From assembly GCA_018672235.1 (NCBI GenBank), contig JABHGE010000005.1:1-27232 (forward strand): a DNA stretch of 27,232 nt, in the 5' to 3' direction. Below the pieces are notes generated by a model. That model did no database searches, was not told the origin of the DNA, and saw nothing but the letters and a program-made list of their open reading frames with translations. The position numbers and the translations under genes were made by a program. This DNA is from Fidelibacterota bacterium (GTDB taxonomy: Bacteria > Fidelibacterota > Marinisomatia > Marinisomatales > Marinisomataceae). This document shows, one piece after another, positions 1-8,409 of this stretch; position 1 is the stretch's first letter, and every line of letters starts with the position of its first letter.

Positions 1-177
1 GATAGCCACATAAACATTATCTACTATTTGGTAAATATTTTTTTCAAAATAATAGTCATCATCTACACTAATTTGATTGTCAAATTCCTGAGAGGGTTGT
101 AGGGTTTCTTTTTCTGTTTTGGAACAATTAAGTACAATTAAACATATCAAGAGTATGTTAAATATTTTATAATGCAT
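1..177 (-). CDS. 5' part (runs off window) of a lipoprotein, probably alkyl/aryl-sulfatase (SdsA-like) metallo-beta-lactamase-fold hydrolase
   Basis: Not in ORF track. Manual minus-strand translation from ATG at 177: MHYKIFNILLICLIVLNCSKTEKETLQPSQEFDNQISVDDDYYFEKNIYQIVDNVYVAI, open to the window edge. Lipoprotein signal (VLNC); FEKNIYQIVDNVYVAI resembles the first strands of SdsA-like MBL hydrolases. Catalytic motif lies outside the window. Confidence 0.65.
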   Translation of the reverse strand, partial: MHYKIFNILLICLIVLNCSKTEKETLQPSQEFDNQISVDDDYYFEKNIYQIVDNVYVAI

Positions 178-230
178 TTTCAAATATACATCATTATAAA
201 TAATATTTTTAGATAAATTAAGCGACAACT

Positions 231-1097
231 ATGAAACATATTTCTTACGCAAGAGACAAATTTGTATCGACAGACGAAGTAAGTCTGAGCATTTTAGGCA
301 ATTTTTTAAGTATTGTTAGAGGATACCAAGTCTTTACTTTTCTGAAGACCGTAAATAAGGGAAAGCCTGTATTTTTAAATCACCATCTCGATAGAGTGCT
401 CGATAATGCCAAGTCTATGAATATGATTGTAAAGCAATCTAGAGAAGAAATTGAGGAGCTAGTTCAGAGCACTTTAGATCAGAATAGTTTCGATGTTACA
501 GAATGTAATATTATGATTCTCTTAGCAGGAACAACACCAATAGACACTTCAGCGCTTATTACGGATGAACCTATTGATCTTTTTGTTATTATAACGCCTA
601 TTAAGTTCTTTCCATCTAAATCTTACGAAAAAGGAATTGCATTAGGCTTGTTTGATTATAAGAGGCTTGATGGTGAACTTAAGACTCCATTCACCTATTT
701 TGGTGGATTAAAAGCGCAGCACTCTGTTGTTCGAAATACTAATTATGATGAAGCGCTATATACTAGCAATAATATGGTTCTAGAGGGAACTACATTTTCT
801 TTTTTCGGTATAATGAACGATGGAACTGTTATTACACCGCCTGCAGATGGTAAAATATTAAAAAGTGTAACGCGATTAGTATTACTAGACCTGCTAAAAA
901 AAGCAGAGTTAAAAGTGTTAGAATCACATATTTCTATTGAAAAAGCTTTGGAATGTAGGGAAGCATTTATTGTATCAGCCAATCGAGATGTTATACCGGT
1001 TATATCTATTGAAGGACATGTTATTGGCGATGGATTAGTGGGTAATCAGACTAAATCAATTATGGGTCTTTATCAAGACGTTATCAATGCTCTTTAG
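231..1097 (+). CDS. PLP fold-type IV aminotransferase (D-amino-acid/branched-chain aminotransferase family)
   Basis: HLDR, catalytic Lys region RLDGELKTPFTY, LEGTTFSFF, ILKSVTR (ILxGITR-like), EAFIVS, GDGLVG motifs. Confidence 0.88.
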   Translation: MKHISYARDKFVSTDEVSLSILGNFLSIVRGYQVFTFLKTVNKGKPVFLNHHLDRVLDNAKSMNMIVKQSREEIEELVQSTLDQNSFDVTECNIMILLAGTTPIDTSALITDEPIDLFVIITPIKFFPSKSYEKGIALGLFDYKRLDGELKTPFTYFGGLKAQHSVVRNTNYDEALYTSNNMVLEGTTFSFFGIMNDGTVITPPADGKILKSVTRLVLLDLLKKAELKVLESHISIEKALECREAFIVSANRDVIPVISIEGHVIGDGLVGNQTKSIMGLYQDVINAL

Positions 1098-1154
1098 TAG
1101 TAATATTTAGAACTAGTTCTTATTGTAGCTTTGTTATTTTTTAATTATTTTTAT

Positions 1155-1181
1155 TGAAACATATTTATGTAGTAAAGCGTA
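1155..1181 (+). promoter_or_regulatory. Putative ECF sigma-factor promoter TGAAAC-N17-CGTA
   Basis: TGAAAC at 1155-1160 and CGTA at 1178-1181; matches the SigW-type ECF consensus TGAAAC-N16/17-CGTA. SD-like AAAGGT at 1207-1212, ATG at 1220. Confidence 0.6.
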
Positions 1182-1219
1182 TATATTTACTATAAACAAC
1201 AACTATAAAGGTAAATAAT

Positions 1220-1624
1220 ATGAAAAATTTTCAACTATTAGCCCTATCAAGTCTTTTTGTTTTTTCGTGTGCAATGAATGCACCAACAGCATCTGCTGAA
1301 TCTAATGATTTTACCCTAGGTAAAGTTCAATCACAGCTTTCTGAAGGAATGAGCTCATCTCAGGTTGTAGAATTATTAGGATCTCCAAATTTAGTAACTA
1401 GCACGCAAGGTGGTGGTGAAGCATGGACATATGATAAGGTATCTCAAGAGTCAGAAGCTTCAAATATTTCAGGAGCAGGGGCAGGTTCAAGTGGAAACTT
1501 TTTTGGTATTTTTGGAGGAGGACGTAGTAAAAATTCTACTACGAGTAAAAATTTAACACTAATTGTTAAATTTAATGCAGATGGTGTTGTTTCTAGTTAT
1601 AAATATCAAAGCATTAAGTACTAA
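1220..1624 (+). CDS. SmpA/OmlA (BamE-like) domain outer-membrane lipoprotein with Gly-rich insert
   Basis: Lipobox VFSC (Cys17); LSEGMSSSQVVELLGSP...EAWTY...LIVKFNADGVVSSY is the SmpA/OmlA signature. Confidence 0.8.
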   Translation: MKNFQLLALSSLFVFSCAMNAPTASAESNDFTLGKVQSQLSEGMSSSQVVELLGSPNLVTSTQGGGEAWTYDKVSQESEASNISGAGAGSSGNFFGIFGGGRSKNSTTSKNLTLIVKFNADGVVSSYKYQSIKY

Positions 1625-2134
1625 ATGAGAAATATCTCTCTTTCTCTTTTTCTAGTAACTGGTTTCTTATTAGTCGGATGTGGTGCAGGTATATCTGATC
1701 GTACTACTGCGGTAAAGCGAGCAATCGAAACTAGGGAGTATGACGTTGATATTAAGACCTTAATGAATGCATCAGTGGGCGCATTTCAAGACCTAGGCTA
1801 TACTATCGATGTTTTAAATAGTGACTATGGATTAATTACTGGAAGTAGAACCCAAGGAACACAAACAACAAAGGTAGATAGAGGACCTGATAGTGTTATA
1901 GAAGGAATAGGGGCTATTCTTTTTGGATTTGAGGGTCGTTCAGATGATATTATTGTTACTCCATTAAAATTGTCAGCAACTATTACTGTTAAAGAAATTT
2001 CTTCTAATCCTTTGATCTCATCGTTGAGAGTAAATTTTGAAAGCGGCGGGAAAAAGTACTCTGACTCATTTTTTAAATCCTTCTTTGCTGCTATAGATCG
2101 ATCTATATTTCTTGACACAGCAACTAAGGAGTAA
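1625..2134 (+). CDS. Uncharacterised lipoprotein, paralog A
   Basis: Lipobox LVGC (Cys19); ATG directly abuts the upstream TAA; clear paralog of 2137..2715. Confidence 0.8.
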   Translation: MRNISLSLFLVTGFLLVGCGAGISDRTTAVKRAIETREYDVDIKTLMNASVGAFQDLGYTIDVLNSDYGLITGSRTQGTQTTKVDRGPDSVIEGIGAILFGFEGRSDDIIVTPLKLSATITVKEISSNPLISSLRVNFESGGKKYSDSFFKSFFAAIDRSIFLDTATKE

Positions 2135-2136
2135 TA

Positions 2137-2715
2137 ATGTCAAAAAGACAAGTATTTTCACTATTTATTGCTTTTAATTTTCTCTTAGTGAGTTGTAGTT
2201 CTTCAAGTTCATCAAAGAAAAAATCAGTCGCAGCACAACGTGCTGTTGAAACAAGAGAATATGCTGTAGATACAAAGACATTAATGACATCATCTATAGG
2301 CGCTTTTCAAGATCTTGGATTTACCGTTGATACAATTAGCGATGAGTTTTTGTTGATAACTGCAAGCAAAATTGAAGAACCACAGAAAGAAAAGAAAAAA
2401 GATAAGAAAATCGGTCCAGGAGATATTCTTGTTGGGATTCTTGCGATAGTAGCGATACTTGCTGTTTCTAAAAATAATAAAGATCTTTTTGATGACGATG
2501 ACGACAGAGGTTCTTCTGGTGGTACAAAAACTGTTGTAAAAGATTACAAACTTACTGCTACTTTAACAGTGAAGCCAATTTCAGATACAGAGCCCGTTTT
2601 ATCATCTTTGCGAATTAATTTCGGAGGAAGCAAAAGAGATCGTTCTATGCAATTTTTTAAAGAATTTTTTGCTGGTATCGACAAATCATTATTCTTAGAT
2701 GAGAATTTAAATTAA
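2137..2715 (+). CDS. Uncharacterised lipoprotein, paralog B
   Basis: Lipobox LVSC (Cys20), SD AAGGAG; shares RAxETREYxVDxKTLM...GAFQDLG and SSLRxNF...FFKxFFAxID.S.FLD with paralog A. Confidence 0.8.
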   Translation: MSKRQVFSLFIAFNFLLVSCSSSSSSKKKSVAAQRAVETREYAVDTKTLMTSSIGAFQDLGFTVDTISDEFLLITASKIEEPQKEKKKDKKIGPGDILVGILAIVAILAVSKNNKDLFDDDDDRGSSGGTKTVVKDYKLTATLTVKPISDTEPVLSSLRINFGGSKRDRSMQFFKEFFAGIDKSLFLDENLN

Positions 2716-2796
2716 GCACAAGAGATTGATTTAGAAATAGACAATTAAACCCCTTCTTATTTTTCAGATTTTTTCTTATACTTTATATCAACAATT

Positions 2797-5700
2797 ATGC
2801 TAAGAAAAATCTTAATCTATTTATTTATTACTTTACTTTCGGCGAATAATACCTTTGCATCCACTGGTACAAAGAGTCATTCCGCTGAAATGTTAAGCAG
2901 GGGACGATATATTCCTATTGCGATATCAGACGACTTCTTAGTCACAGCTAAAACATTTTCATCGCTTACATCTAGAACGGTAGATATTTATGAACTGTAT
3001 AGCGGTATTGATTCTATGAGTAAAACTAAAGAGTTGACATCGCCAAATCCATTATCTGGAGATGATTTTGGTTTTAGTATGGCATTGCATAATAATTATT
3101 TGCTTATAGGCGCCCCCGGATCAGATGACGGTAATGGAGTAGTCTATTTATATCGTAAAGACTATTCAGGCGATTGGGTTTTAGTAAAAACCTTTGAAAA
3201 TCCTAATGCAACGACAGATCCTAGTCAGTCTCAAAAATTTGGATATAATGTAGCCTTAAACGATAAGTATGTTGCTATTGCCTCACCTTTTTTCAATGAT
3301 GGTACAGTCTTTGTATATGACTTTAATCCTGAGTCTGAAGATTTTAATAATGCGCGAACAACACCATTCGAAGTCATTGATGTACGAAAATTAGGAGATG
3401 TCGAGGGTTGTTATGCTGCTGGTCCAGAAAAATTTGGATTTGGAGTATCTATGTCTTTTAATAATAATAAATTACTTATTGGTTCATTAAAAGAATTTGT
3501 ACATCTTGTTGAGTTTAAGAATGGAGTTGTGTCTGGTGTTAATATTTTATCTCCTGAAAAAGACGAGAAAGCTAATGATGGTAAGGGACGTTTTGGTCAA
3601 TCTGTCTACGTTGGAGATTCTAGTATTTATATCTCTGCCCTAGAAGATAGTAACGGTCAAGGCAAGGTATTTGTATATCCTTATATAGATACTAACAATA
3701 GGACCGATGAAAGTCTTTGGACAAATTTTTATACTATTCAACCTTCAGATCTAGTAGAGAATAGCTATTTTGGATACCAATTTAGCGAACTTGACAATCA
3801 GTTAATTATTAGCACATTTAATCAATCCGATTTGTATTTATATGATAAGAGCGAGCTTAGTAATCAATTTGTGCTTAAAGATGTTATCAAGAACGATAAT
3901 TACATGAGTTCTGATTATTTCGGTAGAAATGTTGCTTTATTTGATAATGCGCTTATTACAGATGCTTATTACGCAGATGAGCTAGTGTTGTATAATAATT
4001 TACCTACCAGCCGACAATCTTTTCAAAATTTATCAACAAAAGGACCTGTTTTATCTATTAATGCGAAAGTGGAATGTACTGGAGGTACTGCAGGATCTTA
4101 CGATTGCAATAATATTGATTTAATGGCGTTTATGGACAAAACAGATATTGGTGGAGGAAATAATACTAGTTTGAATGATATTTGGGGATGGACAGACCCT
4201 ATTACCAATAGAGATTATGCACTTGTTGGTATGAGCAATGGAACCTCTTTTGTCGATATTACTACGCCAGATAGTCCCGTATATGTTGGAAGATTAGCAA
4301 CACATAGCAGTAATTCTACATGGCGTGATATTAAAGTATTTAATAATTATGCTTTCATTGTGTCGGAAGCGGGTGGTCATGGTATGCAAGTATTTGATTT
4401 AACAGTGTTAAGAACTTTCAATAGCACTCCAATTACATTCTCCGAAACAGCTCATTATGCTGAATTTGGTAGTGCGCATAATATTTTTATTAATGAAGAT
4501 ACAGGTTTTGCTTATGCTATAGGTACTAGTACTTGTGGTCCTGGCGGATTGCATATTGTAGATATTAGTAATCCTACTTTACCAGCAAAATCAGCTTGCG
4601 TATCTGACCCTTCTACAGGAAGAAGTAATACTGGATATGTTCATGATGTGCAATGTGTTGTATACAATGGACCAGATTCTCAATATGTTGGGCAGGAAAT
4701 CTGTTTTGGTTCTAACGAGACTAAGGTTTGGATTGCAGATTTAAGTGTTAAATCGGATGATTCTAGTGGTGCTAAGACAATTGGATTAGGGAGTTATGAT
4801 AATTATTATACCCACCAAGGATGGCTAACAGAAGATCATAAATATTTTATCGTTAACGATGAGCTTGATGAGTACAACGGAGGATTTGGAAATACTAGAA
4901 CATTAATTTGGAATGTAGAAGATTTAAGTAATCCAACGCTCCAAACAACATATACCGGTCCAACACCATCTATCGATCATAATAACTATGTTATTGGAAA
5001 CTATGTTTATATGTCTCATTACACTAGTGGATTGCGCATTCTTGATATTTCTGATATAAACAATCCTAGTGAAGCGGCATATTTTGACGTATATCCATCA
5101 AATAATAATGCATCTTTTGATGGAACGTGGAGCAATTATCCCTATTATGATAGTGGGATAGTGGTTGTTACAGGTATTGATGAAGGGTTGTATATATTAA
5201 AACCTACACATGATGATACTGCACCTGATGCACCTGCTAATATTTCATATGCAATTCCACAAGATGGAAGTGTTATATTCTCTTGGAGTCTTGGAGATGA
5301 TTCTAATGCTAGCGTTAGAGTATATCGATCAGAAGAAGCATTTTTTACTCCTTCTTCTAATAATTTGATTACAGAGGTAGGTTATCCAAATTCAGTATTT
5401 ACGGATGAAAATCTAGATACAACCAAAACATACTACTATAAATTATCTACCGTCGATAGGGAAGGACAGGAAAGTCAATACTCTTCTGAATATCAAATTC
5501 GACCAGTAACATTTATTAATGCACCACCAAATATTGATACAGTGTCAGATGTACAAATCAACGAAGATACTAATTTAGGAATTCAGCTTACTGGAGTGAA
5601 TTATGGGGCTGACGTTAACGCTCAAAATCTTACTGTTACGGCATATGCTGAGAATACAGCTATATTCCCATCATTAGTCGTAAATAATCCTTCTACTGGC

Positions 5701-6531
5701 CAATTTATACTCGATTTATCTCCAAGCGCAGATAGCAATGGATCTTCTGTGGTTTATGTGACAGTGCGAGATGACGGCGGTACAGCAGATGGTGGAATTG
5801 ATTCTACTAGAGTATCATTTAATGCGACAGTATTGCCAGTAAACGATGCACCGGGAGCCTTTACTACGACAGGAGAATATATATTTAATACACTAGATGG
5901 TTCAGGTTCATATCTGTCAAATGAATACTTATTTATTACGCCAGAAAACCAAAATGACTCATTAAGATTTGTTTGGGAAGAATCTGCTGATGTAGATGGA
6001 GATAATATTGAATATCGAATGATTGGCTATAATGATTTACAGTTTTTAAGCATGAATACATGGACACAAGACAATTCAATGGTATGGGCGTTAAAAGATT
6101 TAGTAGCACAAACTGATACTGTTAATGTAGCTGAAGGTTCATGGTCTGTGATATCTACAGATGGACAATCCTTTCAAACTGCGGTATCTGGTTTTGTCGG
6201 GAATTTAAAGATTGATGGAAGAGCATTAATACCTGACATTTTAGAATTAAAGCAAAATTATCCAAATCCATTTACATCATTTACGACACTAGAGTATGAT
6301 GTTCCGTCTACGCAGTATGTCGTTATGAGAGTATTTAATGTTAAAGGTCAACTTGTTACTACTTTAGTGGATGAAGAGCAAGGAGCTGGTTATAAATCAG
6401 TAATATGGGATGGAACCAACGACAACGGAGATCCTGTAAGTTCAGGTGTCTATTTCTGTCAAATGTATACTCCAGCTAATCCAAATGGTGGTCAGTTTAT
6501 CAAAGCAATAAAAATGCTAAGATTAAGATAG
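2797..6531 (+). CDS. Large secreted choice-of-anchor B family protein: FG-GAP propeller + choice-of-anchor B/LVIVD propeller + Fn3 + cadherin/Ig-like + FlgD/T9SS-type C-terminal domain
   Basis: Signal peptide; FG-GAP repeats (DFGFSMAL..LLIGAPG, FGYNVAL, FGQSV); NDIWGWTDP, WRDIKV, AHNI, YVHDVQC, YTHQGWL, DELDE, IDHNNY, GTWSNYPY motifs; YYYKLSTVD (Fn3); DDGG...VLPVNDAP; LKQNYPNPF...WDGTNDNGDPVSSGVYF. Confidence 0.85.
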   Translation: MLRKILIYLFITLLSANNTFASTGTKSHSAEMLSRGRYIPIAISDDFLVTAKTFSSLTSRTVDIYELYSGIDSMSKTKELTSPNPLSGDDFGFSMALHNNYLLIGAPGSDDGNGVVYLYRKDYSGDWVLVKTFENPNATTDPSQSQKFGYNVALNDKYVAIASPFFNDGTVFVYDFNPESEDFNNARTTPFEVIDVRKLGDVEGCYAAGPEKFGFGVSMSFNNNKLLIGSLKEFVHLVEFKNGVVSGVNILSPEKDEKANDGKGRFGQSVYVGDSSIYISALEDSNGQGKVFVYPYIDTNNRTDESLWTNFYTIQPSDLVENSYFGYQFSELDNQLIISTFNQSDLYLYDKSELSNQFVLKDVIKNDNYMSSDYFGRNVALFDNALITDAYYADELVLYNNLPTSRQSFQNLSTKGPVLSINAKVECTGGTAGSYDCNNIDLMAFMDKTDIGGGNNTSLNDIWGWTDPITNRDYALVGMSNGTSFVDITTPDSPVYVGRLATHSSNSTWRDIKVFNNYAFIVSEAGGHGMQVFDLTVLRTFNSTPITFSETAHYAEFGSAHNIFINEDTGFAYAIGTSTCGPGGLHIVDISNPTLPAKSACVSDPSTGRSNTGYVHDVQCVVYNGPDSQYVGQEICFGSNETKVWIADLSVKSDDSSGAKTIGLGSYDNYYTHQGWLTEDHKYFIVNDELDEYNGGFGNTRTLIWNVEDLSNPTLQTTYTGPTPSIDHNNYVIGNYVYMSHYTSGLRILDISDINNPSEAAYFDVYPSNNNASFDGTWSNYPYYDSGIVVVTGIDEGLYILKPTHDDTAPDAPANISYAIPQDGSVIFSWSLGDDSNASVRVYRSEEAFFTPSSNNLITEVGYPNSVFTDENLDTTKTYYYKLSTVDREGQESQYSSEYQIRPVTFINAPPNIDTVSDVQINEDTNLGIQLTGVNYGADVNAQNLTVTAYAENTAIFPSLVVNNPSTGQFILDLSPSADSNGSSVVYVTVRDDGGTADGGIDSTRVSFNATVLPVNDAPGAFTTTGEYIFNTLDGSGSYLSNEYLFITPENQNDSLRFVWEESADVDGDNIEYRMIGYNDLQFLSMNTWTQDNSMVWALKDLVAQTDTVNVAEGSWSVISTDGQSFQTAVSGFVGNLKIDGRALIPDILELKQNYPNPFTSFTTLEYDVPSTQYVVMRVFNVKGQLVTTLVDEEQGAGYKSVIWDGTNDNGDPVSSGVYFCQMYTPANPNGGQFIKAIKMLRLR

Positions 6532-6533
6532 TC

Positions 6534-7148
6534 TTGAATCCGCTAAAAAATTTATATCAATGGGTATTATCTTGGGCGGAAAGCGCTTATGGAACATTGG
6601 TTTTGTTCTCAGTCGCTTTCGCTGAATCTTCGTTCTTTCCTGTTCCCACAGATCCTTTATTGATGGCTCTATGCTTAGGAAAGGTTAAGCGTTCTATGTA
6701 TTACGTGTTTATATGTACGCTAGGATCAGTATTGGGAGGTGTATTTGGATTTATAATAGGTTATTTCCTCTGGTATGCACCATCAGGTGAGCTGACAGGA
6801 GTTGCAAGCTTCTTTTTTAAGATAATCCCAGGATTTACACAACAAGTTTTTGATAATGTGGGTGCTAAATATGATGCACACAATTTTTTAGTAATTTTTA
6901 CAGCAGCATTTACTCCAATTCCATATAAGGTTTTTTCAATAACAGCCGGTGTTTTTCAGATAAATCTACCTACATTTATTTTAGCATCAATTCTTGGTAG
7001 AGGAGGGCGTTTTGTAATTATTGGATTATTAATTAGATCTTTCGGTGACCCAATTAAACAAATGATGGATAAACATTTTAATGCGTTTATCATCATCTTA
7101 ACTATCATATTCGGCTTAAGTTACATTTTAATTGGATATCTATTTTAA
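6534..7148 (+). CDS. DedA/YqaA (VTT domain) family membrane protein
   Basis: FAESSFFPVPTD, GSVLGG, FTPIPYK and GRGGRF motifs; TTG start 2 nt after the upstream stop. Confidence 0.88.
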   Translation: MNPLKNLYQWVLSWAESAYGTLVLFSVAFAESSFFPVPTDPLLMALCLGKVKRSMYYVFICTLGSVLGGVFGFIIGYFLWYAPSGELTGVASFFFKIIPGFTQQVFDNVGAKYDAHNFLVIFTAAFTPIPYKVFSITAGVFQINLPTFILASILGRGGRFVIIGLLIRSFGDPIKQMMDKHFNAFIIILTIIFGLSYILIGYLF

Positions 7149-7167
7149 TTTGTTATAGGTTCCATCC

Positions 7168-8409
7168 ATGAAATATGCATTATATCTATCTATTCTGTTT
7201 TTAGCATCATGCGCTAGTAACATACCTAATTTTACTATTCCAGAGGTGAAAGTTACACAAAGTGACATCACAATCGATGATTTCAAATCACATATTACTT
7301 ATTTATCATCGGATGGATTAAGAGGAAGAGGTTCTGGTACGCCAGGAGATAGGATCGCTAAAGATTATATTGTTGACCATTTTACTAACGTTGAATCGTC
7401 AACAGAAAGAATGGTCGAAGTTCAAGAGTATTATGTTTCAAAAAGTAGACTTACGCCTAAGAATAAAGTTAAAACATATAATATTATCGCAACCCTACCA
7501 GGAAATGACGAACAATTGAAAGATGAATACGTTGTTATTGGGGCTCATTATGACAGCGTAAAAAATGCACTTGGATTGATTCATAATGGTGCAGATGATA
7601 ATGCATCAGGAACAGCAATGGTCTTAGAATTATTTGAACATTTTGCTTCAATTAACACACACAAAAGAACGTTAGTCTTTATAGCTTTTGGTGGAGAAGA
7701 ATTAGGTCTTTTAGGCTCAAAACACTATGTAAATAATCCAACGATAGATTTAAGTAAAGTGCAATTGATGGTGAACTTAGATATGGTTGGAAGAATGGAC
7801 GAAGAAGGTAATGTACAGTTGGGAGGATCTCCATCTGCGCAAAATTTCTCATCCAAGCTTCATCCGTTTTTTGTTAATTCTAAAATCAATATAATAGATT
7901 TAGGAAAAGGTATATTTAGTCGATCAGATCATTATAATTTTTATAAAAAAGATATTCCCGTTCTTTTCTTTTTTACAGGCATTCATCAAGATTATCATAC
8001 AGCCACAGATGATGAAGATAAAATTAACTACAATGGGATGATAGAGATTTCTAAAGTAGTAGAGCCAATCGTTGCTGAGTTTGCTAACACCGAAGAAAGA
8101 CTTATTTTTGAAAAGATGGAAGATGAGCAGAAAACAATGCAATCACCATCAAAAATGAAAGTCACTTTAGGTGTAATGCCAGATTATGCTTACGACGGTA
8201 AGGGTGTTAAAGCAGATAATGTAATAGATAATCGTCCTGGAAAAATATCAGGGATGTTAGACGGAGATATTGTTATTAAGATTCAAGATATGGACATTGT
8301 AGATATTTATAAATACATGGAAGCGCTCTCAAATATTGAACCTGGAGATAAGGTTCAAATAACAGTATCAAGAGATGAAGAAGAAGTCATATTAGATGTA
8401 CAATTTTAA
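7168..8409 (+). CDS. M28 family zinc aminopeptidase lipoprotein with C-terminal PDZ domain
   Basis: Lipobox LASC; GAHYD, GADDNASG, GEELGLLGS, NLDMVGR, SDH, DYH motifs; C-terminal LGVMPDY...GDIVIKI PDZ. Confidence 0.92.
   Translation: MKYALYLSILFLASCASNIPNFTIPEVKVTQSDITIDDFKSHITYLSSDGLRGRGSGTPGDRIAKDYIVDHFTNVESSTERMVEVQEYYVSKSRLTPKNKVKTYNIIATLPGNDEQLKDEYVVIGAHYDSVKNALGLIHNGADDNASGTAMVLELFEHFASINTHKRTLVFIAFGGEELGLLGSKHYVNNPTIDLSKVQLMVNLDMVGRMDEEGNVQLGGSPSAQNFSSKLHPFFVNSKINIIDLGKGIFSRSDHYNFYKKDIPVLFFFTGIHQDYHTATDDEDKINYNGMIEISKVVEPIVAEFANTEERLIFEKMEDEQKTMQSPSKMKVTLGVMPDYAYDGKGVKADNVIDNRPGKISGMLDGDIVIKIQDMDIVDIYKYMEALSNIEPGDKVQITVSRDEEEVILDVQF

Noticed and set aside
1109..1120. 12-bp palindrome AGAACTAGTTCT after the aminotransferase gene
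   Set aside because: Short, single copy, no loop or T tract; compatible with chance in AT-rich DNA.
1220..1624. Calling the first lipoprotein bamE
   Set aside because: Shares the SmpA/OmlA domain, but the Gly-rich insert and operon context differ from canonical BamE; orthology is not supported.
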